DNA of 64,000 nt, from NCBI GenBank assembly GCA_964016885.1, contig OZ024741.1:394010001-394074000 (forward strand). The letters are read 5' to 3'. The translations under genes and the position numbers were made by a program. Position 1 is the first letter of the stretch, and each line of letters starts with the position of its first letter. The notes under the pieces are model-generated. The model did no database searches and had not been told where the DNA came from. It saw only the letters and a program-made list of their open reading frames with translations. Origin of the DNA: Eledone cirrhosa (taxonomy: Eukaryota). Positions 32,001 to 47,400 of this stretch are shown here, piece after piece.

Positions 32001-35000
32001 AGTATTATATTGTAAACAATATTAAAACATGTGAAGTATTATATTGTAAACAATATTAACACATGTGAATTATTATATTGTAAACAATATTAACACATGT
32101 GAAGTATTATATTGTAAACAATATTAAAACATGTGAAGTATTATATTGTAAACAATATAAACACATGTAAAGTATTATATTGTAAACAATATTAAAACAT
32201 GTGAAGCATTATATTGTAAACAATATTAACACATGTGAAGTATTATATCATAAACAATATTAAAACATGTGAAGTATTATATTGTAAACAATATTAAAAC
32301 ATGTGAAGTATTATATCATAAACAATATTAACGCATGTGAAGTATTATATTGTAAACAATATTAAAACATGTAAAGTATTATATCATAAACAATATTAAC
32401 GCATGTGAAGTATTATATTGTAAACAATATTAAAACATGTGAAGTATTATATCATAAACAATATTAACACATGTGAAGTATTATATCATAAACAAAATAT
32501 TAAAACATGTGAAGTATTATATTGTAAACAATATTAACGCATGTGAAGTATTATATTGTAAACAATATTACAACATGTGAAGTATTATATCATAAACAAT
32601 ATTAACACATGTGAAGTATTATATCATAAACAATATTAACACATGTGAAGTATTATATCATAACCAATATTAAAACATGTGAAGTATTATATTGTAAACA
32701 ATATTAAAACATGTGAGATATTATATTGTAAACAATATTAACACATGTGAAGTATTATATTGTAAACAATATTAAAACATGTGAAGTATTATATTGTAAA
32801 CAATATTAACACATGTGAAGTATTATATTGTAAACAATATTAACACATGTGAAGTATTATATTGTAAACAATATTAAAACATGTGAAGTATTATATTGTA
32901 AACAATATTAACACATGTAAAGTATTATATTGTAAACAATAGTAAAACATGTGAAGTATGATATCATAAACAATATTAACACATGTGAAGTATTATATTG
33001 TAAACAATATTAAAACATGTGAAATATTATATTGTAAACAATATTAAAACATGTGAAGTATTATATTGTAAACAATATTAACACATGTGAAGTATTATAT
33101 TGTAAACAATATTAAAACATGTGAAGTATTATATTGTAAACAATATTAACACATGTGAAGTATTATATTGTAAACAATATTAACATATGTGAAGTATTAT
33201 ATTGTAAACAATATTAAAAGATGTGAAGTATTATATTGTAAACAATATTAACACATGTAAAGGATTATATTGTAAACAATATTAAAACATGTGAGGTATT
33301 ATATCATAAACAATATTAACACATGTGAAGTATTATATGGTAAACAATATTAAAACATGTGAAGTATTATATTGTAAACAATATTAAAACATGTGAAGTA
33401 TTATATTGTAAACAATATTAAAACATGTGAAGTATTATATTGTAAACAATATTAAAACATGTGAAGTATTATATCATAGACAATATTAAAACATGTGAAG
33501 TATTATATTGTAAACAATATTAACTCATGGGAAGTATTATATTGTAAACAATATTAAAACATGTGAAGTATTATATCATAAACAATATTAACACATGTGA
33601 AGTATTATATGGTAAACAATATTAAAACATGTGAAGTATTATATTGTAAACAATATTAAAACATGTGAAGTATTATATTGTAAACAATATAAACACATGT
33701 AAAGTATTATATTGTAAACAATATTAAAACATGTGAAGCATTATATTGTAAACAATATTAACACATGTGAAGTATTATATCATAAACAATATTAACGCAT
33801 GTGAAGTATTATATTGTAAACAATATTAAAACATGTGAAGTATTATATCATAAACAATATTAACACATGTGAAGTATTATATCATAAACAATATTAAAAC
33901 ATGTGAAGTATTATATTGTAAACAATATTAACGCATGTGAAGTATTATATTGTAAACAATATTAAAACATGTGAAGTATTATATCATAAACAATATTAAC
34001 GCATGTGAAGTATTATATTGTAAACAATATTAAAACATGTGAAGTATTATATCATAAACAATATTAACACATGTGAAGTATTATATCATAAACAATATTA
34101 ACACATGTGAAGTATTATATCATAAACAATATTAAAACATGTGAAGTATTATATTGTAAACAATATTAAAACATGTGAGGTATTATATTGTAAACAATAT
34201 TAACACATGTGAAGTATTATATTGTAAACAATATTAAAACATGTGAAGTATTATATTGTAAACAATATTAACACATGTGAAGTATTATATTGTAAAAAAT
34301 ATTAACACATGTGAAGTTTTATATTGTAAACAATATTAAAACATGTGAAGTATTATATTGTAAACAATATTAACACATGTAAAGTATTATATTGTAAACA
34401 ATAGTAAAACATGTGAAGTATGATATCATAAACAATATTAACACATGTGAAGTATTATATTGTAAACAATATTAAAACATGTGAAATATTATATTGTAAA
34501 CAATATTAAAACATGTGAAGTATTATATTGTAAACAATATTAACACATGTGAAGTATTATATTGTAAACAATATTAAAACATGTGAAGTATTATATTGTA
34601 AACAATATTAACACATGTGAAGTATTATATTGTAAACAATATTAACACATGTGAAGTATTATATTGTAAACAATATTAAAACATGTGAAGTATTATATTG
34701 TAAACAATATTAACACATGTAAAGTATTATATTGTAAACAATATTAAAACACGTGAAATATTATATTATAAACAATATTAACACATGTGAAATATTATAT
34801 TGTAAACAATATTAAAACATGTGAAGTATTATATTGTAAACAATATTAAAACATGTGAAGTATTATATTGTAAACAATATTAACACATGTAAAGGATTAT
34901 ATTGTAAACAATATTAAAACATGTGAGGTATTATATCATAAACAATATTAACACATGTGAAGTATTATATGGTAAACAATATTAAAACATGTGAAGTATT

Positions 35001-35619
35001 ATATTGTAAACAATATTAAAACATGTGAAGTATTATATTGTAAACAATATTAAAACATGTGAAGTATTATATCATAAACAATATTAAAACATGTGAAGTA
35101 TTATATTGTAAACAATATTAACACATGTGAAGTATTATATCATAAACAATATCAAAACATGTGAAGTATTATATTGTAAACAATATTAACACATGTGAAG
35201 TATTATATTGTAAACAATATTAAAAACATGTGAAGTATTATATTATAAACAATATTAACACTTGTGAAGTATTATATTGTAAACAATATTAACACATGTG
35301 AAGTATTATATCATAAACAATATTAAAACATGTGAAGTATTATATTGTAAACAATATTAACACATGTAAAGTATTATATTGTAAACAATATTAAAACATG
35401 TGAAGTATTATATCATAAACAATATTAACACATGTGAAGTATTATATGGGAAACAATATTAACACATGTGAATTATTATATTGTAAACAATATTAACACA
35501 TGTGAAGTATTATATTGTAAACAATATTAAAACATGTGAAGTATTATATTGTAACAATATTAACACATGTGAAGTATTATATTGTAAACAATATTAACAC
35601 ATGTGAAGTATTATATTGT

Positions 35620-38600
35620 AAACAATATTAAAACATGTGAAGTATTATATTGTAAACAATATTAACACATGTAAAGTATTATATTGTAAACAATAGTAAA
35701 ACATGTGAAGTATTATATTGTAAACAATATTAAAACATGTGAAGTATTATATCATAAACAATATTAACTCATGTGAAGTATTATATTGTAAACAATATTA
35801 ACTCATGTGAAGTATTATATTGTAAACAATATTAAAACATGTGAAGTATTATATCATAAACAATATTAACACATGTGAAGTATTATATTGTAAACAATAT
35901 TAACACATGTGAAGTATTATATTGTAAACAATATTAACACATGTCAAGTATTATATTGTAAACAATATTAAAACATGTGAAGCATTATATTGTAAACAAT
36001 ATTAACACATGTGAAGTATTATATCATAAACAATATTAAAACATGTGAAGTATTATATTGTAAACAATATTAAAACATGTGAAGTATTATATCATAAACA
36101 ATATTAACGCATGTGAAGTATTATATTGTAAACAATATTAAAACATGTAAAGTATTATATCATAAACAATATTAACGCATGTGAAGTATTATATTGTAAA
36201 CAATATTAAAACATGTGAAGTATTATATCATAAACAATATTAACACATGTGAAGTATTATATCATAAACAATATTAAAACATGTGATGTATTATATTGTA
36301 AACAATATTAACGCATGTGAAGTATTATATTGTAAACAATATTACAACATGTGAAGTATTATATCATAAACAATATTAACACATGTGAAGTATTATATCA
36401 TAAACAATATTAACACATGTGAAGTATTATATCATAAACAATATTAACACATGTGAAGTATTATATCATAAACAATATTAACACATGTGAAGTATTATAT
36501 CATAAACAATATTAAAACATGTGAAGTATTATATTGTAAACAATATTAACACATGTGAAGTATTATATTGTAAACAATATTAAAACATGTGAAGTATTAT
36601 ATTGTAAACAATATTAACACATGTGAAGTATTATATTGTAAACAATATTAACACATGTGAAGTATTATATTGTAAACAATATTAAAACATGTGAAGTATT
36701 ATATTGTAAACAATATTAACACATGTAAAGTATTATATTGTAAACAATAGTAAAACATGTGAAGTATTATATTGTAAACAATATTAAAACATGTGAAGTA
36801 TTATATCATAAACAATATTAACTCATGTGAAGTATTATATTGTAAACAATATTAACACATGTGAAGTATTATATTGTAAACAATATTAAAACATGTGAAG
36901 TATTATATCATAAACAATATTAACACATGTGAAGTATTATATTGTAAACAATATTAACACATGTGAAGTATTATATTGTAAACAATATTAACACATGTGA
37001 AGTATTATATTGTAAACAATATTAAAACATGTGAAGTATTATATCATAAACAATATTAACACATGTGAAGTATTATATTGTAAACAATATTAACACATGT
37101 GAAGTATTATATTGTAAACAATATTAACACATGTGAAGTATTATATTGTAAACAATATTAAAACATGTGAAGTATTATATTGTAAACAATATTAAAACAT
37201 GTGAAGTATTATATTGTAAAAAATATTAACACATGTGAAGTATTATATTGTAAACAATATTAAAACATGTGAAGTATTATATCGTAAACAATATTAACAC
37301 ATGTGAAGTATTATATTGTAAACAATATTAACACATGTGAAGTATTATATTGTAAACAATATTAACACATGTGAAGTATTATATTGTAAACAATATTAAA
37401 ACATGTGAATTATTATATTGTAAACAATATTAACACATGTGAAGTATTATATTGTAAACAATAGTAAAACATGTGAAGTATGATATCATAAACAATATTA
37501 ACACATGTGAAGTATTATATTGTAAACAATATTAAAACATGTGAAATATTATATTGTAAACAATATTAAAACAAGTGAAGTATTATATTGTAAACAATAT
37601 TAACACATGTGAAGTATTATATTGTAAACAATATTAAAACATGTGAAGTATTATATTGTAAACAATATTAACACATGTGAAGTATTATATTGTAAACAAT
37701 ATTAACACATGTGAAGTATTATATTGTAAACAATATTAAAACATGTGAAGTATTATATTGTAAACAATATTAACACATGTAAAGTATTATATTGTAAACA
37801 ATATTAAAACATGTGAAATATTATATTATAAACAATATTAACACATGTGAAGTATTATATTGTAAACAATATTAAAACATGTGAAGTATTATATTGTAAA
37901 CAATATTAAAACATGTGAAGTATTATATTGTAAACAATATTAACACATGTAAAGGATTATATTTTAAACAATATTAAAACATGTGAGGTATTATATCATA
38001 AACAATATTAACACATGTGAAGTATTATATGGTAAACAATATTAAAACATGTGAAGTATTATATTGTAAACAATATTAAAACATGTGAAGTATTATATTG
38101 TAAGCAATATTAAAACATGTGAAGTATTATATCATAACCAATACTAAAACATGTGAAGTATTATATTGTAAACAATATTAACACATGTGAAGTATTATAT
38201 CATAAACAATATCAAAACATGTGAAGTATTATATTGTAAACAATATTAACACATGTGAAGTATTATATTGTAAACAATATTAAAACATGTGAAGTATTAT
38301 ATTATAAACAATATTAACACATGTGAAGTATTATATTGTAAACAATATTAACACATGTGAAGTATTATATCATAAACAATATTAAAACATGTGAAGTATT
38401 ATATTGTAAACAATATTAAAACATGTGAAGTATTATATTGTAAACAATATTAACACATGTAAAGTATTATATTGTAAACAATAGTAAAACATGTGAAGTA
38501 TTATATTGTAAACAATATTAAAACATGTGAAGTATTATATCATAAACAATATTAACTCATGTGAAGTATTATATTGTAAACAATATTAACTCATGTGAAG

Positions 38601-41195
38601 TATTATATTGTAAACAATATTAAAACATGTGAAGTATTATATCATAAACAATATTAACACATGTGAAGTATTATATTGTAAACAATATTAACACATGTGA
38701 AGTATTATATTGTAAACAATATTAACACATGTCAAGTATTATATTGTAAACAATATTAAAACATGTGAAGCATTATATTGTAAACAATATTAACACATGT
38801 GAAGTATTATATCATAAACAATATTAAAACATGTGAAGTATTATATTGTAAACAATATTAAAACATGTGAAGTATTATATCATAAACAATATTAACGCAT
38901 GTGAAGTATTATATTGTAAACAATATTAAAACATGTAAAGTATTATATCATAAACAATATTAACGCATGTGAAGTATTATATTGTAAACAATATTAAAAC
39001 ATGTGAAGTATTATATCATAAACAATATTAACACATGTGAAGTATTATATCATAAACAATATTAAAACATGTGATGTATTATATTGTAAACAATATTAAC
39101 GCATGTGAAGTATTATATTGTAAACAATATTACAACATGTGAAGTATTATATCATAAACAATATTAACACATGTGAAGTATTATATCATAAACAATATTA
39201 ACACATGTGAAGTATTATATCATAAACAATATTAACACATGTGAAGTATTATATCATAAACAATATTAACACATGTGAAGTATTATATCATAAACAATAT
39301 TAAAACATGTGAAGTATTATATTGTAAACAATATTAACACATGTGAAGTATTATATTGTAAACAATATTAAAACATGTGAAGTATTATATTGTAAACAAT
39401 ATTAACACATGTGAAGTATTATATTGTAAACAATATTAACACATGTGAAGTATTATATTGTAAACAATATTAAAACATGTGAAGTATTATATTGTAAACA
39501 ATATTAACACATGTAAAGTATTATATTGTAAACAATAGTAAAACATGTGAAGTATTATATTGTAAACAATATTAAAACATGTGAAGTATTATATCATAAA
39601 CAATATTAACTCATGTGAAGTATTATATTGTAAACAATATTAACACATGTGAAGTATTATATTGTAAACAATATTAAAACATGTGAAGTATTATATCATA
39701 AACAATATTAACACATGTGAAGTATTATATTGTAAACAATATTAACACATGTGAAGTATTATATTGTAAACAATATTAACACATGTGAAGTAATATATTG
39801 TAAACAATATTAAAACATGTGAAGTATTATATCATAAACAATATTAACACATGTGAAGTATTATATTGTAAACAATATTAACACATGTGAAGTATTATAT
39901 TGTAAACAATATTAACACATGTGAAGTATTATATTGTAAACAATATTAAAACATGTGAAGTATTATATTGTAAACAATATTAAAACATGTGAAGTATTAT
40001 ATTGTAAAAAATATTAACACATGTGAAGTATTATATTGTAAACAATATTAAAACATGTGAAGTATTATATCGTAAACAATATTAACACATGTGAAGTATT
40101 ATATTGTAAACAATATTAACACATGTGAAGTATTATATTGTAAACAATATTAACACATGTGAAGTATTATATTGTAAACAATATTAAAACATGTGAATTA
40201 TTATATTGTAAACAATATTAACACATGTGAAGTATTATATTGTAAACAATAGTAAAACATGTGAAGTATGATATCATAAACAATATTAACACATGTGAAG
40301 TATTATATTGTAAACAATATTAAAACATGTGAAATATTATATTGTAAACAATATTAAAACAAGTGAAGTATTATATTGTAAACAATATTAACACATGTGA
40401 AGTATTATATTGTAAACAATATTAAAACATGTGAAGTATTATATTGTAAACAATATTAACACATGTGAAGTATTATATTGTAAACAATATTAACACATGT
40501 GAAGTATTATATTGTAAACAATATTAAAACATGTGAAGTATTATATTGTAAACAATATTAACACATGTAAAGTATTATATTGTAAACAATATTAAAACAT
40601 GTGAAATATTATATTATAAACAATATTAACACATGTGAAGTATTATATTGTAAACAATATTAAAACATGTGAAGTATTATATTGTAAACAATATTAAAAC
40701 ATGTGAAGTATTATATTGTAAACAATATTAACACATGTAAAGGATTATATTTTAAACAATATTAAAACATGTGAGGTATTATATCATAAACAATATTAAC
40801 ACATGTGAAGTATTATATGGTAAACAATATTAAAACATGTGAAGTATTATATTGTAAACAATATTAAAACATGTGAAGTATTATATTGTAAGCAATATTA
40901 AAACATGTGAAGTATTATATCATAACCAATACTAAAACATGTGAAGTATTATATTGTAAACAATATTAACACATGTGAAGTATTATATCATAAACAATAT
41001 CAAAACATGTGAAGTATTATATTGTAAACAATATTAACACATGTGAAGTATTATATTGTAAACAATATTAAAACATGTGAAGTATTATATTATAAACAAT
41101 ATTAACACATGTGAAGTATTATATTGTAAACAATATTAACACATGTGAAGTATTATATCATAAACAATATTAAAACATGTGAAGTATTATATTGT
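35620..41195. repeat. Near-perfect tandem duplication of an 82-monomer block (2788 bp)
   Basis: aatagtaa 35696/38484, tgtcaag 35945/38733, tcgt 37283/40071, acaagtg 37574/40362 and taagcaat 38104/40892 are all at exactly +2788 = 82x34. Confidence 0.93.
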
Positions 41196-44100
41196 AAACA
41201 ATATTAACACATGTAAAGTATTATATTGTAAACAATATTAAAACATGTGAAGTATTATATCATAAACAATATTAACACATGTGAAGTATTATATGGTAAA
41301 CAATATTAAAACATGTGAAGTATTATATTGTAAACAATATTAACACATGTGAATTATTATATTGTAAACAATATTAACTCATGTGAAGTATTATATTGTA
41401 AACAATATTAAAACATGTGAAGTATTATATTGTAAACAATATTAACACATGTGAAGTATTATATTGTAAACAATATTAACACATGTGAAGTATTATATTG
41501 TAAACAATATTAAAACATGTGAAGTATTATATTGTAAACAATATAAACACATGTAAAGTATTATATTGTAAACAATATTAAAACATGTGAAGCATTATAT
41601 TGTAAACAATATTAACACATGTGAAGTATTATATCATAAACAATATTAAAACATGTGAAGTATTATATTGTAAACAATATTAAAATATGTGAAGTATTAT
41701 ATCATAAACAATATTAACGCATGTGAAGTATTATATTGTAAACAATATTAAAACATGTAAAGTATTATATGATAAACAATATTAACGCATGTGAAGTATT
41801 ATATTGTAAACAATATTAAAACATGTGAAGTATTATATCATAAACAATATTAACACATGTGAAGTATTATATCATAAACAATATTAAAACATGTGAAGTA
41901 TTATATTGTAAACAATATTAACGCATGTGAAGTATTATATTGTAAACAATATTAAAACATGTGAAGTATTATATTGTAAACAATATTAAAACATGTGAAG
42001 TATTATATCATAAACAATATTAAAACATGTGAAGTATTATATTGTAAACAATATTAACACATGTGAAGTATTATATTGTAAACAATATTAAAACATGTGA
42101 AGTATTATATTGTAAACAATATTAACACATGTAAAGTATTATATTGTAAACAATATTAAAACATGTGAAGTATTATATCATAAACAATATTAACACATGT
42201 GAAGTATTATATGGTAAACAATATTAAAACATGTGAAGTATTATATTGTAAACAATATTAACACATGTGAATTATTATATTGTAAACAATATTAACACAT
42301 GTGAAGTATTATATTGTAAACAATATTAAAACATGTGAAGTATTATATTGTAAACAATATTAACACATGTGAATTATTATATTGTAAACAATATTAAAAC
42401 ATGTGAAGTATTATATTGTAAACAATATTAACACATGTGAAGTATTATATCATAAACAATATCAAAACATGTGAAGTATTATATTGTAAACAATATTAAC
42501 ACATGTGAAGTATTATATTGTAAACAATATTAAAACATGTGAAGTATTATATTATAAACAATATTAACACATGTGAAGTATTATATTGTAAACAATATTA
42601 ACACATGTGAAGTATTATATCATAAACAATATTAAAACATGTGAAGTATTATATTGTAAACAATATTAACACATGTAAAGTATTATATTGTAAACAATAT
42701 TAAAACATGTGAAGTATTATATCATAAACAATATTAACACATGTGAAGTATTATATGGTAAACAATATTAAAACATGTGAAGTATTATATTGTAAACAAT
42801 ATTAACACATGTGAATTATTATATTGTAAACAATATTAACTCATGTGAAGTATTATATTGTAAACAATATTAAAACATGTGAAGTATTATATTGTAAACA
42901 ATATTAACACATGTGAAGTATTATATTGTAAACAATATTAACACATGTGAAGTATTATATTGTAAACAATATTAAAACATGTGAAGTATTATATTGTAAA
43001 CAATATAAACACATGTAAAGTATTATATTGTAAACAATATTAAAACATGTGAAGCATTATATTGTAAACAATATTAACACATGTGAAGTATTATATCATA
43101 AACAATATTAAAACATGTGAAGTATTATATTGTAAACAATATTAAAATATGTGAAGTATTATATCATAAACAATATTAACGCATGTGAAGTATTATATTG
43201 TAAACAATATTAAAACATGTAAAGTATTATATGATAAACAATATTAACGCATGTGAAGTATTATATTGTAAACAATATTAAAACATGTGAAGTATTATAT
43301 CATAAACAATATTAACACATGTGAAGTATTATATCATAAACAATATTAAAACATGTGAAGTATTATATTGTAAACAATATTACCGCATGTGAAGTATTAT
43401 ATTGTAAACAATATTTTAAAACATGTGAAGTATTATATTGTAAACAATATTAAAACATGTGAAGTATTATATCATAAACAATATTAAAACATGTGAAGTA
43501 TTATATTGTAAACAATATTAACACATGTGAAGTATTATATTGTAAACAATATTAAAACATGTGAAGTATTATATTGTAAACAATATTAACACATGTAAAG
43601 TATTATATTGTAAACAATATTAAAACATGTGAAGTATTATATCATAAACAATATTAACACATGTGAAGTATTATATGGTAAACAATATTAAAACATATGA
43701 AGTATTATATTGTAAACAATATTAACACATGTGAATTATTATATTGTAAACAATATTAACACATGTGAAGTATTATATTGTAAACAATATTAAAACATGT
43801 GAAGTATTATATTGTAAACAATATTAACACATGTGAATTATTATATTGTAAACAATATTAAAACATGTGAAGTATTATATTGTAAACAATATTAACACAT
43901 GTTAAGTATTATATCATAAACAATATCAAAACATGTGAAGTATTATATTGTAAACAATATTAACACATGTGAAGTATTATATTGTAAACAATATTAAAAC
44001 ATGTGAAGTATTATATTATAAACAATATTAACACATGTGAAGTATTATATTGTAAACAATATTAACACATGTGAAGTATTATATCATAAACAATATTAAA

Positions 44101-44400
44101 ACATGTGAAGTATTATATTGTAAACAATATTAACACATGTAAAGTATTATATTGTAAACAATATTAAAACATGTGAAGTATTATATCATAAACAATATTA
44201 ACACATGTGAAGTATTATATGGTAAACAATATTAAAACATGTGAAGTATTATATTGTAAACAATATTAACACATGTGAATTATTATATTGTAAACAATAT
44301 TAACACATGTGAAGTATTATATTGTAAACAATATTAAAACATGTGAAGTATTATATTGTAAACAATATTAACACATGTGAATTATTATATTGTAAACAAT
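40940..44400. repeat. Tandem 43-monomer block (1462 bp) with a partial third copy
   Basis: aactcatg 41379/42841 and tatgataaac 41771/43233 are at +1462 = 43x34. Confidence 0.85.
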
Positions 44401-47400
44401 ATTAACACATGTGAAGTATTATATTGTAAACAATATTAAAACATGTGAAGTATTATATTGTAAACAATATAAACACATGTCAAGTATTATATTGTAAACA
44501 ATATTAAAACATGTGAAGCATTATATTGTAAACAATATTAACACCTGTGAAGTATTATATCATAAACAATATTAAAACATGTGAAGTATTATATTGTAAA
44601 CAATATTAAAACATGTGAAGTATTATATCATAAACAATATTAACGCATGTGAAGTATTATATTGTAAACAATATTAAAACATGTAAAGTATTATATCATA
44701 AACAATATTAACGCATGTGAAGTATTATATTGTAAACAATATTAAAACATGTGAAGTATTATATCATAAACAATATTAACACATGTGAAGTATTATATCA
44801 TAAACAATATTAAAACATGTGAAGTATTATATTGTAAACAATATTAACGCATGTGAAGTATTATATTGTAAACAATATTACAACATGTGAAGTATTATAT
44901 CATAAACAATATTAACACATGTGAAGTATTATATCATAAACAATATTAACACATGTGAAGTATTATATCATAAACAATATTAACACATGTGAAGTATTAT
45001 ATCATAAACAATATTAACACATGTGAAGTATTATATCATAAACAATATTAAAACATGTGAAGTATTATATTGTAAACAATATTAACACATGTGAAGTATT
45101 ATATTGTAAACAATATTAAAACATGTGAAGTATTATATTGTAAACAATATTAACACATGTGAAGTATTATATTGTAAACAATATTAACACATGTGAAGTA
45201 TTATATTGTAAACAATATTAAAACATGTGAAGTATTATATTGTAAACAATATTAACACATGTAAAGTATTATATTGTAAACAATAGTAAAACATGTGAAG
45301 TATGATATCATAAACAATATTAACACATGTGAAGTATTATATTGTAAACAATATTAAAACATGTGAAATATTATATTGTAAACAATATTAAAACATGTGA
45401 AGTATTATATTGTAAACAATATTAACACATGTGAAGTATTATATTGTAAACAATATTAAAACATGTGAAGTATTATATTGTAAACAATATTAACACATGT
45501 GAAGTATTATATTGTAAACAATATTAACACATGTGAAGTATTATATTGTAAACAATATTAAAACATGTGAAGTATTATATTGTAAACAATATTAACACAT
45601 GTAAAGTATTATATTGTAAACAATATTAAAACATGTGAAATATTATATTATAAACAATATTAACACATGTGAAGTATTATATTGTAAACAATATTAAAAC
45701 ATGTGAAGTATTATATTGTAAACAATATTAAAACACGTGAAGTATTATATTGTAAACAATATTAACACATGTAAAGGATTATATTGTAAACAATATTAAA
45801 ACATGTGAGGTATTATATCATAAACAATATTAACACATGTGAAGTATTATATGGTAAACAATATTAAAACATGTGAAGTGTTATATTGTAAACAATATTA
45901 AAATATGTGAAGTATTATATTGTAAACAATATTAAAACATGTGAAGTATTATATCATAAACAATATTAAAACATGTGAAGTATTATATTGTAAACAATAT
46001 TAACACATGTGAAGTATTATATCATAAACAATATCAAAACATGTGAAGTATTATATTGTAAACAATATTAACACATGTAAAGTATTATATTGTAAACAAT
46101 ATTAAAACATGTGAAGTATTATATCATAAACAATATTAACACATGTGAAGTATTATATGGTAAACAATATTAACACATGTGAATTATTATATTGTAAACA
46201 ATATTAACACATGTGAAGTATTATATTGTAAACAATATAAAAACATGTGAAGTATTATATTGTAACAATATTAACACATGTGAAGTATTATATTGTAAAC
46301 AATATTAACACATGTGAAGTATTATATTGTAAACAATATTAAAACATGTGAAGTATTATATTGTAAACAATATTAAAACATGTGAAGTATTATATTGTAA
46401 ACAATATTAACGCATGTGAAGTATTATATCATAAACAATATTAACACATGTGAAGTATTATATTGTAAACAATATTAACACATGTGAAGTATTATATTGT
46501 AAACAATATTAAAACATGTGAAGTATTATATTGTAAACAATATTAAAATATGTGAAGTATTATATCATAAACAATATTAACGCATGTGAAGTATTATATT
46601 GTAAACAATATTAAAACATGTAAAGTATTATATGATAAACAATATTAACGCATGTGAAGTATTATATTGTAAACAATATTAAAACATGTGAAGTATTATA
46701 TCATAAACAATATTAACACATGTGAAGTATTATATCATAAACAATATTAAAACATGTGAAGTATTATATTGTAAACAATATTAACGCATGTGAAGTATTA
46801 TATTGTAAACAATATTAAAACATGTGAAGTATTATATTGTAAACAATATTAAAACATGTGAAGTATTATATCATAAACAATATTAAAACATGTGAAGTAT
46901 TATATTGTAAACAATATTAACACATGTGAAGTATTATATTGTAAACAATATTAAAACATGTGAAGTATTATATTGTAAACAATATTAACACATGTAAAGT
47001 ATTATATTGTAAACAATATTAAAACATGTGAAGTATTATATCATAAACAATATTAACACATGTGAAGTATTATATGGTAAACAATATTAAAACATGTGAA
47101 GTATTATATTGTAAACAATATTAACACATGTGAATTATTATATTGTAAACAATATTAACACATGTGAAGTATTATATTGTAAACAATATTAAAACATGTG
47201 AAGTATTATATTGTAAACAATATTAACACATGTGAATTATTATATTGTAAACAATATTAAAACATGTGAAGTATTATATTGTAAACAATATTAACACATG
47301 TGAAGTATTATATCATAAACAATATCAAAACATGTGAAGTATTATATTGTAAACAATATTAACACATGTGAAGTATTATATTGTAAACAATATTAAAACA

